Shown: positions 39,299-49,305, counted from the first letter of the stretch. The stretch is 64,000 nucleotides of DNA from Myxococcota bacterium (GCA_965250285.1 OZ252299.1:5376001-5440000), one strand, 5' to 3'. Notes: generated from the sequence alone by a model not told the origin. Numbers and translations are program-made.

Positions 39299-40846
39299 AT
39301 GAGCGCGGTCGCAGAGACGAAGGTCGGCGCATGGCGTGGCCGCGAAGAGCGGGGCGTGCTGGTGTTTCGTGGGCTGCGCTACGGCGATCCGCCGGTGGGC
39401 GAGGGCCGACTGCGCGAGAGCCGCCCTGCCTTGCCCCACGCCGGCGTGCTCGATGCGTTCGAGTACGGCCCTGCGTCGATCCAGCGCGCGGGGTTTCCGC
39501 GCGCGATCCAGTGGCTCGCCGGCTTCGCCGATCTCGGCACCAGCGAAGACTGTCTCTTTCTCAACGTCACGACACCGGCCGTCGACGACCGGCGTCGACC
39601 GGTGCTCGTCTGGGTGCACGGCGGCGGCTTCAGCCAGGGCTCTTCGGGGCTCTTCCTGTATGACGCGCGGAGCCTCGCTGCGCGCGGCGACGTGGTCGTC
39701 GTGACGCTGAACTACCGGCTCGGTCTGCTCGGCGCATGGATGGGCGAAGAAGCCGGCGCATTCGACGCGAACCCGGGGCTGAGCGACCAGGCGCTCGCGC
39801 TCGAGTGGGTGCGCGATCACATCGAACGCTTCGGGGGCGACCCGACCAACGTCACGCTCTTCGGCCAGTCGGCGGGCGCGATGAGCGTGGGCAGCCTGCT
39901 CGCGATGCCCCGCGCGCGCGGCCTCTTTCATCGCGTGATCCTGCAGAGCGGCGCGGCCGCCAACGTGAGTGGGCCCGGGCAGCGTCGATCCATCTTCGAG
40001 CACGTCGCGAAGGTGCTCGACCTCGACGTCGCCGGCGATCTCGGTGCGCAGCTGCGCGCGCTCGACCCGGCCGTGCTGCTGGCGGCCCAGGATCGGGTCG
40101 CGACCGAGATCAAGCTGCCGCTCGGGCAGCTCTGCTGGAGCCCCGGCTACGAGACCGCCGCGCTGCCCGCCGCCCCGCTCGACGTCATCACACGCGGCGG
40201 CGCGCCGAAGCTGCCGATGCTGATCGGCACGACGCGCGACGAGTGGCGGATGTTCACGGCGACCGACGCGAAGCGGCGCAACCTCGACGAGGCGACGCTG
40301 CACACCTACGTCGAGCGCACGTTCGCCGATGCGAGCGACCCGGCCGCGCGTCGGCGCGAGGTGCTGGCGACCTTCGAGCGTGATCCCGACACCGGTGAGC
40401 GTCGCTCGCCCGCCGAGCAGTGGGCCGCGCTGCAGACGGCGCGCGTATTCATGAAGCCGGCGCGCGAGCTCGCCGACGCGCACGCCGCCGCCGGGGCCGA
40501 TGTCTGGAGCTACCGCTTCGACTGGCGGCCCCGCGTGCTGCGCGACCGACTCGGCGCGTGCCACGCGATGGAGATCCCCTTCGTCTTCGGCAGCTACGGG
40601 CATCGCGCGATGTGGCCGCTGGTCGGCGCCTGGCCGGGGGCCCGCGCGCTGTCGCAGCGCATGCAGGACGCCTGGGTCGCGTTCGCCCACGGCGGCGCGC
40701 CGGTGCACGACGACCTGCGCGACTGGCCGAAGCACGCCGGCGCGAGCCCGATCAGCCTGCGCTTCGACGACGAAGATCGATTGGCCGAGGCGCTCGGTGA
40801 GCCCGAGCTCGCGGTGCTCGCAGGGGATGGGTCGGCGCCGACCTAA
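39299..40846 (+). CDS. Type-B carboxylesterase/lipase
   Basis: SEDCLFLNV, WVHGGGF, NYRLG, FGQSAG, ACHAMEIPFVF. Confidence 0.92.
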   Translation: MSAVAETKVGAWRGREERGVLVFRGLRYGDPPVGEGRLRESRPALPHAGVLDAFEYGPASIQRAGFPRAIQWLAGFADLGTSEDCLFLNVTTPAVDDRRRPVLVWVHGGGFSQGSSGLFLYDARSLAARGDVVVVTLNYRLGLLGAWMGEEAGAFDANPGLSDQALALEWVRDHIERFGGDPTNVTLFGQSAGAMSVGSLLAMPRARGLFHRVILQSGAAANVSGPGQRRSIFEHVAKVLDLDVAGDLGAQLRALDPAVLLAAQDRVATEIKLPLGQLCWSPGYETAALPAAPLDVITRGGAPKLPMLIGTTRDEWRMFTATDAKRRNLDEATLHTYVERTFADASDPAARRREVLATFERDPDTGERRSPAEQWAALQTARVFMKPARELADAHAAAGADVWSYRFDWRPRVLRDRLGACHAMEIPFVFGSYGHRAMWPLVGAWPGARALSQRMQDAWVAFAHGGAPVHDDLRDWPKHAGASPISLRFDDEDRLAEALGEPELAVLAGDGSAPT

Positions 40847-40935
40847 CGCGCAGGCCGTCGAGCGGAGATCTTCACGTTCGCGGCGCGCAAACGGTGATAG
40901 GCTGAGTTCGGGAAGGGGCCCGCCCGAGGCCCGCC

Positions 40936-41652
40936 ATGCGCGCTCGCAAGCGTCAGCTCATCGTCTTCTTCTTCTCTGTCTGTTTCTTCGCCTTGGCGAG
41001 CTTCACGCTCGCGAGCGCGAACGCCAGCGCCTACGTCTTTACGTTCGAGCGTCAGTTGATTCCCGGCCTACCGTACGGCCAACCGGGCAACGAGGGCCCC
41101 GACGGCATGCGTTTCCCAGTCGATGGCTTCGGAACCACCGACGAGGTCGTGCTCGATCTCTACCTCGATACAGAAGGCCAGTCGGAGATTCGGTACTTCT
41201 CGCTTGGCATCCTATTCAATCCGTCCGTCTTCGAGTACGACGCTGCGAACTCGAGGCTCGCTGACTACGCCCTCTACACGCCGCTGACCAGCGGTCCGGC
41301 TGGAAAGACGCCCGATACCTGGCTCGAGCCGTGGTCGAACCCGCCTGCGCTCTACGATGGCAAGGTCCCGCCGGGGCTCTCACTGTTGATCATCGAGTTC
41401 AATGAACACGCGCTGCGGCCAACCGTGGCGACGGCGACGAATGAGTGGCTGGGCCGGATCAGCTTCACTCGGGGGTTGCCGGCATTCAGTCGGCTGACCG
41501 CGACCTGGGAAAACGAAGGCACGAGCTTTCTCACGGCAGCCGGCTACGAATCACCCGAAGTCAGGTTCGTCTGGGCACCCGAGCCGACGACGGCGCTGCT
41601 GGTGGGGCTCGGTCTGGCGGGGCTGGCGCTGCGCCGCACGCGCCGACTGTGA
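40936..41652 (+). CDS. PEP-CTERM sorting-domain protein
   Basis: Signal peptide; C-terminal APEPTTALLVGLGLAGLALRR. Confidence 0.85.
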   Translation: MRARKRQLIVFFFSVCFFALASFTLASANASAYVFTFERQLIPGLPYGQPGNEGPDGMRFPVDGFGTTDEVVLDLYLDTEGQSEIRYFSLGILFNPSVFEYDAANSRLADYALYTPLTSGPAGKTPDTWLEPWSNPPALYDGKVPPGLSLLIIEFNEHALRPTVATATNEWLGRISFTRGLPAFSRLTATWENEGTSFLTAAGYESPEVRFVWAPEPTTALLVGLGLAGLALRRTRRL

Positions 41653-41669
41653 GCGGCCGCCCGTCGCCC

Positions 41670-41798
41670 GCGAGCGCGTGTCGTTACACCGCCGTCTGAG
41701 CCCGGCTGCGAGCGCGTGTCGTCATCCCGCTGTGTGATCTCTACTGCGAGCGCGTGTCGTAACACCGCCGCTCGAGCCCTACTGCGAGCGCGTGTAGT
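41670..41798. repeat. Four-unit degenerate tandem repeat, 38-bp period
   Basis: GCGAGCGCGTGT(C/A)GT at 41670, 41708, 41746, 41784. Confidence 0.85.
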
Positions 41799-43287
41799 GC
41801 TCTTTCTTGGTGATCTTCACGAGCTGGCCCTCTTCGAGCACGACGGCCTCGTCGAGGCCGTTCGCGACGGCGATCACCTCGGCGTCCCACTGGCTCTCGG
41901 TGCGTTCGGCCAGGGCTTCGAGGGTCTCGCCCTCCTGCGCTGAGGCGATGCGCACGCGGTCTTCGAAGATCTCCTTGCGCTCTTCGGGCGTCAGGCGGTG
42001 GAAGCTGCCGGAGGCCTCGTCGAGCACCGGGCCCAGGGTCTTCCACGCGTTGCTCGGCCCGACGCCGGCGAGCTGAAAGACGTAGCCGTCGAGCGCGATC
42101 CACGTGAGCTCGGCGTGCATCGCCGCGTTGCCGCGGCCCTCGATGTGCACGCCCTGGACGGCCTTGAGGCCGTTGATCTCGGTCGCCGTCGGTCCCTCGC
42201 TCAGACCGTGCTCCTCTTTAAAGCGCTCGGCGACCTTCATCGGATCACCCGCGTCTTCTTCTTTCGTCGCGGCGAGCTTGAGCACGAAGAACGACTTCAG
42301 CCCCTCGTCCTGGGCGAGCACGAAGCTGTGCGCGTTGACCTTCTCCCACTCGGGGGGGAAGGTCAGGCCGAAGCCCATGTCGGCGTGCAGGAACCGGTCG
42401 TCGACGAAGACGCCCTCGCGGGCCGGCACGCCGTAGACCAGGCCGTCGATCTTCGCGAGAAAGGCGGCGCGGTCGGGGGCGATCGGGTTCGGCGGCGCGC
42501 GGTCGAGCTTCTCGGCGTTGCGCGCGGTCTCCTGCGCGCGCTCCTCGCTCGGCGGGTGCGACGAGAAGATGGCGTAGGGCCGCTCGGCGTCGTCGTGCAG
42601 CGCCGTCTCACGGTCGAGGGTCGTCATGAACGTCGACATCGCCATCGGATCCCAGCCCGCGGCGGCGGCGTAGCGCTGACCGAGCTTGTCGGCCTGGCGC
42701 TCCTGACCGCGGCTGTACGAAGCGAGCGCGAGAATGCCGGGCAGCGCCGTCGTGCCGGCCACGACCTGACCGAGGCGGGGCGAGACGATGCTCGTCGCCC
42801 AGCCGCCGACGCCGGCGGCGATCGCGACGGGGGCGAGGATCACGCCGCTGCGCTGCCGCGACACCGAGTGCCGCGCCGACACGTGCGCGATCTCGTGGCC
42901 GATCACGTTCGCGAGCTCGTCTTCGTCATTGGTGAAGGCGAGCAGACCGCGCGAGACGTAGATGAAGCCGCCCGGCAGCGCGAACGCGTTCGGCTCCTGC
43001 ATCTCGACGATGAAGAAGTGGTATTCGATCTCGTTGCGCGCGGCTTCGGCGGCGAGGCGCTGGCCGATCTCGTCGACGTAGGTGTTGAGTGCTTCGTCCT
43101 CGACGAGACCGATGTTCTGCGCGATTTCTTCGGAAGCCTTCTGGCCCTGCTCGATCTCTCCCTTCTCGGTCGTGAAGACCGCCTCGGGGCGACCGCTCTC
43201 GGGGTTCATGGCGCAGCCGGCCGACGCGCACGCGAGGGCCACGGCGGTCAGCACGGCGAGAGCAGGGCGAACGAATCGGGCGGTCAC
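41779..43287 (-). CDS. Second M48 family metalloprotease lipoprotein with LysM-like C-terminus
   Basis: SAGC lipobox, NPESGR, PNAFALPGG, GHEIAH, QERQAD, SHP; GTG start. Confidence 0.9.
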   Translation of the reverse strand: MTARFVRPALAVLTAVALACASAGCAMNPESGRPEAVFTTEKGEIEQGQKASEEIAQNIGLVEDEALNTYVDEIGQRLAAEAARNEIEYHFFIVEMQEPNAFALPGGFIYVSRGLLAFTNDEDELANVIGHEIAHVSARHSVSRQRSGVILAPVAIAAGVGGWATSIVSPRLGQVVAGTTALPGILALASYSRGQERQADKLGQRYAAAAGWDPMAMSTFMTTLDRETALHDDAERPYAIFSSHPPSEERAQETARNAEKLDRAPPNPIAPDRAAFLAKIDGLVYGVPAREGVFVDDRFLHADMGFGLTFPPEWEKVNAHSFVLAQDEGLKSFFVLKLAATKEEDAGDPMKVAERFKEEHGLSEGPTATEINGLKAVQGVHIEGRGNAAMHAELTWIALDGYVFQLAGVGPSNAWKTLGPVLDEASGSFHRLTPEERKEIFEDRVRIASAQEGETLEALAERTESQWDAEVIAVANGLDEAVVLEEGQLVKITKKEHYTRSQ

Positions 43288-43678
43288 GGGCAAGCAGGGT
43301 CTCCAGAGCTCGGCGCAGGCGGCCGGAGCGCGGGCGGGTCGAACGGGGCCGGGGTAGGGCGATTCGCTTCGCTCTGCACGCGCGCGATCGCCGGCCCCCC
43401 GGGCGGCGGCCATCGTAGCTTGACTCGCCGGCACGGGCCGTCCGGGCATCGGACGCAGCCCGCCGTCAGCTCCAATCGGTGCGAGCGGCCCGTGAGAGGC
43501 GCCCTGGGCGCTGAGAGTTCCAGATTCTGGGCGCTGTCTTGTCCAGGAAGCACGCGAACGTTACGATTCGTTCCGTATCGAAACTCGATCCCGCGCCGGC
43601 CGGGCCCGCCCGCCCGCTGCGCCCTCCAATCTCCGAACCCCCGCCCGGCCGCCCTCTCGCCGCCGGAGGAGTCTTGTC

Positions 43679-44923
43679 ATGTCGAAGCGCACCGAAGGTC
43701 CCCTCTCCGGCGTCCGCGTCATCGAGGTCTCGATGCTCGGCCCCGCCGCCATCGGCACCCAGCTCGCCGACCTCGGCGCCGAGGTGATCAAGATCGAGCC
43801 GCCCGCCGGCGACTACATCCGCGACATGACGTGGCCCATCATCGAGGGAATCTCGTTGATGCACTACCACGTCAACCGCGGCAAGAAGAGCCTCACGCTC
43901 GACCTCAAGACCGAGGGCGGTGTTCAGGTGTTGAACGAGCTCGTGAAGGACGCGGACGTAGTGATCGAGGCGATGCGCCCGGGCTCGATGGCCCGGCGCG
44001 GCGTGGGCTACGACGATCTCAAAGAGATCAACCCGAAGATCGTGTTCTGCAACATCTCGGGCTACGGCATGACCGGCCCCTACCAGAACCTGCCGGCCCA
44101 CGGCATCGCCTTCGACACGTGGGCGGGCATCATCAACCCGGCCTTCGACGATGAGGGCTTCTGTTTCATCCCCGAGCATGCCTCGATCGGCATTCACGCG
44201 GGACCGACGATCGGTGCGCTCGGCATCCTGGCCGGCGTGATCCAGGCACGCGCCACGGGCGAGGGCAGCTTCCTCGAGGTCGGGCAGAGCGACGCCGCGG
44301 CCTACATGGACTGGTATCGCAGCGAGTCGCACATGGCGTACGACCGCCCCGAGGACATCGTGACCGGTAACAAGGCCGATGGCGGCAAGCGCCGCCCGGT
44401 GGGCACGGCCGGCATGAAGGAAGGCGTTCGCTACCAGATGTACGAGTCGAGCGACGGCTTCGTGCTCTTCATGGCGAGCGAGCAGGCCTTCTGGAAGAAC
44501 TTCTGTGAGTGCGTCGGTCGCACCGACATGTTCGAGAAGTGGCCGGGCTCGAAGTACGCCGACCACGCAATCGGCAACCGGGAGATGCAGCGCGAGCTGC
44601 GCGACATCTTCAAGACGAAGACGAGCGACGAGTGGATTCGGCTCGGCGACGAGAAGAACTTCCCGATCGCGCCGGTCAACTCACCCAAGACCATCGTCGA
44701 CGACCCGCAGTTCAAGGATCGCTTCGAGATCTACTCCCACGAAGAGCACGGCGCCGACATGCTCTCGTTCCCGGTCAAGTTCGTCGGGCAAGAGCTGCCG
44801 GTGCCGAGCAAGGCGCCGACGCCGGGCGAGCACAACGACGAGGTGCTCGCGGATGTGCTGGGGTACGACGCGGAGAAGATTGCGCAGGTGAGGAGTGACG
44901 GGGCTTTGGGGAAGGATCGGTAG
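43679..44923 (+). CDS. CaiB/BaiF class III CoA-transferase
   Basis: PLSGVRVIE, GAEVIKIEPP, NRGKKSLTLDLK. Confidence 0.92.
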   Translation: MSKRTEGPLSGVRVIEVSMLGPAAIGTQLADLGAEVIKIEPPAGDYIRDMTWPIIEGISLMHYHVNRGKKSLTLDLKTEGGVQVLNELVKDADVVIEAMRPGSMARRGVGYDDLKEINPKIVFCNISGYGMTGPYQNLPAHGIAFDTWAGIINPAFDDEGFCFIPEHASIGIHAGPTIGALGILAGVIQARATGEGSFLEVGQSDAAAYMDWYRSESHMAYDRPEDIVTGNKADGGKRRPVGTAGMKEGVRYQMYESSDGFVLFMASEQAFWKNFCECVGRTDMFEKWPGSKYADHAIGNREMQRELRDIFKTKTSDEWIRLGDEKNFPIAPVNSPKTIVDDPQFKDRFEIYSHEEHGADMLSFPVKFVGQELPVPSKAPTPGEHNDEVLADVLGYDAEKIAQVRSDGALGKDR

Positions 44924-44948
44924 CGCTCGCGCCGTGATTGGGTGCCAG

Positions 44949-45066
44949 GGCCGGGGCGGATGGGGGCACCGTGCTCGGACATTCTCGGGCGCAGAGGCGT
45001 TGTTGCTCGTGGCGATCGTTTCGCGCGCCCTGCGAACTGCGCGCGGTACCCCCATCCGCCCCGGCC
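44949..45066. mobile_element. MITE/REP-like inverted-repeat element
   Basis: 26-bp terminal inverted repeats (outer 18 bp perfect: GGCCGGGGCGGATGGGGG) around about 66 bp, intergenic; no transposase nearby. Confidence 0.45.
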
Positions 45067-45122
45067 TCGGGGCGCTTCTGGTTGGCTCGACTCCCGGTCT
45101 TTGGGGTGGATTAGGGGGGGCG

Positions 45123-46085
45123 TTAGCTGCCGATGGGGAAGGTTTCGCCGAGGAGGGATTCGCTGATCGACCAGAGGCGTTTGGCGGAGTCGGGGTTGAG
45201 GGCGTAGTCGGCGATGCCGCCTTCCTGGTCGTCGCTCGTCTTGGGCGGGGCGATGCCGCAGTCTTCGAGGTAGCGGCCGCCCTGGCCGGCGAGTTCGGGT
45301 GAGGTCGCGGCCCAGACGCTGGTGGCTGCGCCCTGCTCGACGGTCTTCCACTTGATGCCCTGGCCGCCCGGTGCGCGGCTCATCAGCTCTTCGATGTCGG
45401 CCTGCTGCAGGTGGCGACCGAGGTTGGTCATGATGCCGCCCGGGTGCACCGCGAACGCCTCGACGCCGCGGTCTGCGAGCCGGCGGTTCAGCTCGACGCT
45501 GAACAGTACGTTGGCCGTCTTGCTCTGACCGTACGATTCCCACTTGTCGTAGTCGCGGGTCTCGTAGTTCGGGTCGTCCCAGAGCACGTCGCTGAAGCGA
45601 TGACCCGCGCTCGAGAGGTTCACGATGCGCGCGGGCGCGCCGGCCTCGAGCTGCGGGGCGAGCAGGCACGTCAGCAGAAAGTGTCCCATGTGGTTCGTAC
45701 CGAACTGCATCTCCCAGCCCTTCTCGGTGCGGGCGAGGGGGCAGGCCATGACGCCGGCGTTGTTGATCAGCAGCTGCAGCGCTTCGTGATCGGCGGCGAA
45801 GCCCTTCGCGAAGGCGCGGATCGAGTCGGGCGAGGTGAGGTCGAGGGCGCGCACCTCGACGTCGGCCCCGGGCACGGCGTCGCGAATCGAGTTGGCGACC
45901 TCTTCACCGGCGGCGAGGTCGCGCACCGCGAGGGTGATGGCGGCACCGCGAAGCACGAGCACGCGCGCGGTCTCGGCGCCGAGACCGCTCGAAGCGCCGG
46001 TCACGATGGCGCGGCGGCCCGACAGGTCGGCCCCCTCGCTGGCCTGCTCGGCGGTGGTGTCGTGTCCAAAGGTCGATGCGGTCAT
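45123..46085 (-). CDS. Short-chain dehydrogenase/reductase (retinol-DH/WWOX-like)
   Basis: TGASSGLG, INNAGVM, TNHMGHF, YGQSK, VHPG. Confidence 0.92.
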   Translation of the reverse strand: MTASTFGHDTTAEQASEGADLSGRRAIVTGASSGLGAETARVLVLRGAAITLAVRDLAAGEEVANSIRDAVPGADVEVRALDLTSPDSIRAFAKGFAADHEALQLLINNAGVMACPLARTEKGWEMQFGTNHMGHFLLTCLLAPQLEAGAPARIVNLSSAGHRFSDVLWDDPNYETRDYDKWESYGQSKTANVLFSVELNRRLADRGVEAFAVHPGGIMTNLGRHLQQADIEELMSRAPGGQGIKWKTVEQGAATSVWAATSPELAGQGGRYLEDCGIAPPKTSDDQEGGIADYALNPDSAKRLWSISESLLGETFPIGS

Positions 46086-46212
46086 GGGGGGCTCCTGGGC
46101 CGGGGATCAGGGGAAGGCGCGCCACGTCGGCGTCCCTCGAAACTTTGTCGGGGATGCGGCGCGCGGTCAACGGCCACCGGGCGACTGTCGGGCGCTCGTG
46201 GCAGACTGGGCG

Positions 46213-46277
46213 CGTGTCCCGCCCCGATCCCCCTTCAGCGCCGTGCCCCGTGTCCCGCCCCGATCCCCCCTCAGCGC
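46213..46277. repeat. 29-bp direct repeat, 36-bp period, at phosphatase start
   Basis: CGTGTCCCGCCCCGATCCCCCYTCAGCGC at 46213 and 46249; each carries an in-frame GTG. Confidence 0.8.
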
Positions 46278-46867
46278 TCGGCCCCGTTCGGCGCCACGCC
46301 TCGGCGCGCTCGCTGGCCGCGCTCGCCGGCGTGGCCCTGCTCGTCACGGCCGGTCTGGTCGTGCGGCACCGCCTCGAGCCGAAGCACTTCGAGGTGGTCG
46401 AGGCCGGGGTGCTCTATCGCAGCGCGACGCTGCCGCCGAGCCAGCTCGTCGAGGTGACGCGCGAGTACGGCATTCGCACCGTCGTCAATCTGCGCTCGCC
46501 CGAAGAGAACGCCGAGCCCTGGCACGCCGCGCAGCGCGCCGCGCTCGCTGCTGCCGACGTCGCGATGATCGATCTGCCTATGGCTTACGGCACGCCGCCG
46601 GCCCCCGAGCTCGAAGCGCGCTGGCTCGCGCTGCTCGCCGACCCCGACGCGCAGCCGATCCTCGTGCACTGTCAGTACGGCGTGCTGCGCACGGGCATCA
46701 TGGTGAGCGTGTTCGATCTCGCGCATCGAGGCGCCTCGCCGGACGGGCTCTTCGATCGCGGTCCGAAGTTCGGCCACGGCGTATCGCCCGAGACTCGAGC
46801 CCGTATCCAGACCTATCTCGACGGGTTCGCCGCGCGCCGCCCGACGCAGGCGATGGCCGGTTCGTGA
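46250..46867 (+). CDS. Membrane-anchored Cys-based (CX5R) tyrosine/dual-specificity phosphatase
   Basis: N-terminal TM, LYRSA, GIRTVVNLR, PILVHCQYGVLRTG; start 46214 or 46250. Confidence 0.85.
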   Translation: MSRPDPPSALGPVRRHASARSLAALAGVALLVTAGLVVRHRLEPKHFEVVEAGVLYRSATLPPSQLVEVTREYGIRTVVNLRSPEENAEPWHAAQRAALAAADVAMIDLPMAYGTPPAPELEARWLALLADPDAQPILVHCQYGVLRTGIMVSVFDLAHRGASPDGLFDRGPKFGHGVSPETRARIQTYLDGFAARRPTQAMAGS

Positions 46868-49200
46868 GCTTCGGTCCCGCTCACCGGCTCGCGTTCGCCG
46901 CGGTGCTCGTGCTCGCGTGGTGCGCGCTCGGCGCGACGACGGGCGACGGCGGCCGCCCGCCCGAGGCGACGCCCCTGCCCGCCGCGGGCGCAAAGGGGCT
47001 CTCGTTCGTCGGGCGCAGCGCCTGCGTCGACTGTCACGCGAGCGAGGCGGCCCGCTGGCAGGGCTCGCATCACGACCAGGCGATGCAGCCCGCGACGAAC
47101 GCGACCGTGCTCGGCGCGTTCGATGGACGCACGTTCGAGCTGAACGGAGAGCGCTGGCAATTCGCGCGCGAAGGCGAGCGCTTCGTCGTGCGATGGAGCC
47201 CGCCCGGGGCGAAGCCGCACACGTTCGACGTGGCCTACACGTTCGGGGTCGCGCCGCTGCAGCAGTACCTGATCGCCGCGAGCGGCGGGCGTCTGCAGAG
47301 TCTCAGCGTCGTGTGGGACGTCGAGGCGAAGCAGTGGATCCACCTGCAGCCGGACGAGCCCGTCGCGCCCGACGACGCGCTGCACTGGCAGGGCCGCTAT
47401 CAGACGTGGAACGGCATGTGCGCCGATTGCCATTCGACGCGGCTCGATCGCGGCTACGACGCACAGGCCGACGTATTCGAAACGACGTGGGCCGAGATCG
47501 ACGTGAGCTGCGAGGCGTGTCATGGCCCGGGCTCGCTGCACGTCGAGCGCACGCGGGCGCGCGCCGCCGGCCAGCCCGTTGCCGCGACCGCAGGCGACGG
47601 GCTGCTCGTCGATCTGTCGAACGGCCCGGCGCGCGAGCAGGTCGACGTCTGCGGTCGCTGCCACGCGCGGCGCCGCGCGGTGAGCCCGCGCTTCGAGCAC
47701 GGCGGCTCGCTCTTCGATCACTACGTGCCGACGACCCTCGACGCGGGGCTGTACGAACCCGACGGTCAGATTCTCGACGAGGTGTACGTCTACGGCTCGT
47801 TCACCCAGAGCGCCATGTTCGTTGCCGGCGTGCGCTGCACCGACTGCCACGATGCGCACTCGCTCGAGCTGCGCGAAGACGGCGACGCCGTCTGCATGCA
47901 GTGTCACGGCGGCGCGGGCACCGAGCGGTTCCCGGGCATGCCGGTGGGCGGCTACGACACGCCGGCGCACCACCATCACGTCGAAGGCCAGCCGGGCTCG
48001 GCTTGCGTCGACTGCCACATGCCGGCGCGCACCTACATGCAGGTCGACCCGCGCCGCGATCACCGCATGGGCGTGCCGCGCCCCGATCTGTCGGTGCGGC
48101 TCGGCACACCGAACGCATGCACCGGCTGTCACACCGACGAGAGCGATGCGTGGGCGGCGAAGCAGGCGAAGGCGTGGTGGGGCGCGCCCGCGAAGCGGCC
48201 CCGCGACTTCGCGGCGCTCTTTCACGATGCGCGGCAGGGTGACCCCGCCACGCTCGAGGGGCTCGGCGCCTGGGTCGATCGCGCGGGCGACTCGCCGGCG
48301 GTGCGGGCGACGGCAGTTGAGCTCGCGGGTCGCTTCGGGCGCGCCGGCGCGCCGATCGTCGACCGTGCACTGCGAGACCCCGAGCCCTGGGTGCGCACGA
48401 CCGCAGCGTCGGCCACGCTCGGCTGGCCGCTCGAGGCGCGCGCCGCGCGGGTCGTGCCGCTGCTCGACGATCCGGTGCGCTCGGTGCGCGTCGAAGCGGC
48501 GCGGTCGCTCGCGCCCTTCGAGGCGGGCGGTCTCGAGCCGGGCGATCGGCAGCGACTCGGTCGGGCGCTCGACGAGCTCGTCACGGCGCTCGAAGCGACG
48601 GCGGATCATCCGGGCAACCGGTTGAACCTGGCCGTCGTGATGCAGCAGCGCGGCGACCTCGAACGCGCCGAGCGCGAGTATCGCATGGCGCTCGAGCTCG
48701 ACCCGCGGTTTCTGCCCGCGCGGCTGAACCTCGTGCACCTGCTCGATGCCGAAGGGCGCGGTGGCGAGGCCGAAGACCTGCTGCGCGCGGGGCTGGCCGA
48801 CGATCCCGACGCGGGCGATCTGCACTACGCGCTGGGGCTGCTCGTCGCCCAGGCCCGCGACGCATCGGGCGCCACTCGACTCCCCGAGGCGGCGCGACAC
48901 CTCGAGCGTGCGGCGCAGCTGCTGCCCGAGCATCCGCGCGCCTGGTACAACCTCGGCCTCGCGCGTCAGCAGCTCGGTGACGTCGCGGGCGCGCGCGCGG
49001 CGCTGGCCTCGGCCCGGCGGCTCTCGCCCGAAGATCCCGAGGTGCTGCAGGCGGTCGCGATCTTCCACGCGCAGCAGGGTGAGTGGGCGACGGTGCGCGA
49101 CATCTCGCGCGTGTGGCTCCAGCTGATGCCGGGCGACCCGTCGGCCCGGTCGCTGCTGCTGCGCGCCGAACGCGAGCTGGCGGCGGAGGGCGCGCGCTAG
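46864..49200 (+). CDS. Octaheme c-type cytochrome with HEAT and TPR repeats
   Basis: Signal peptide; 8 CXXCH (CVDCH, CADCH, CEACH, CGRCH, CTDCH, CMQCH, CVDCH, CTGCH); HEAT (LDDPVRSVRVEAA) and TPR C-terminus; GTGA overlap. Confidence 0.9.
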   Translation: MSFGPAHRLAFAAVLVLAWCALGATTGDGGRPPEATPLPAAGAKGLSFVGRSACVDCHASEAARWQGSHHDQAMQPATNATVLGAFDGRTFELNGERWQFAREGERFVVRWSPPGAKPHTFDVAYTFGVAPLQQYLIAASGGRLQSLSVVWDVEAKQWIHLQPDEPVAPDDALHWQGRYQTWNGMCADCHSTRLDRGYDAQADVFETTWAEIDVSCEACHGPGSLHVERTRARAAGQPVAATAGDGLLVDLSNGPAREQVDVCGRCHARRRAVSPRFEHGGSLFDHYVPTTLDAGLYEPDGQILDEVYVYGSFTQSAMFVAGVRCTDCHDAHSLELREDGDAVCMQCHGGAGTERFPGMPVGGYDTPAHHHHVEGQPGSACVDCHMPARTYMQVDPRRDHRMGVPRPDLSVRLGTPNACTGCHTDESDAWAAKQAKAWWGAPAKRPRDFAALFHDARQGDPATLEGLGAWVDRAGDSPAVRATAVELAGRFGRAGAPIVDRALRDPEPWVRTTAASATLGWPLEARAARVVPLLDDPVRSVRVEAARSLAPFEAGGLEPGDRQRLGRALDELVTALEATADHPGNRLNLAVVMQQRGDLERAEREYRMALELDPRFLPARLNLVHLLDAEGRGGEAEDLLRAGLADDPDAGDLHYALGLLVAQARDASGATRLPEAARHLERAAQLLPEHPRAWYNLGLARQQLGDVAGARAALASARRLSPEDPEVLQAVAIFHAQQGEWATVRDISRVWLQLMPGDPSARSLLLRAERELAAEGAR

Positions 49201-49305
49201 CGCGCCTGCGCAGGGCGATCGCAGCGCACACACACACGCCCCTCAAGCCGGGCCGGATGCACTCCGATGTCGGTGGAAGCCCCCTCCCCGCCATCGGAGC
49301 CCCGC

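Noticed and set aside
41670..41798. CRISPR array
   Set aside because: Core only 15 bp, 38-bp period too short, spacers related to each other, last unit is coding, no cas genes
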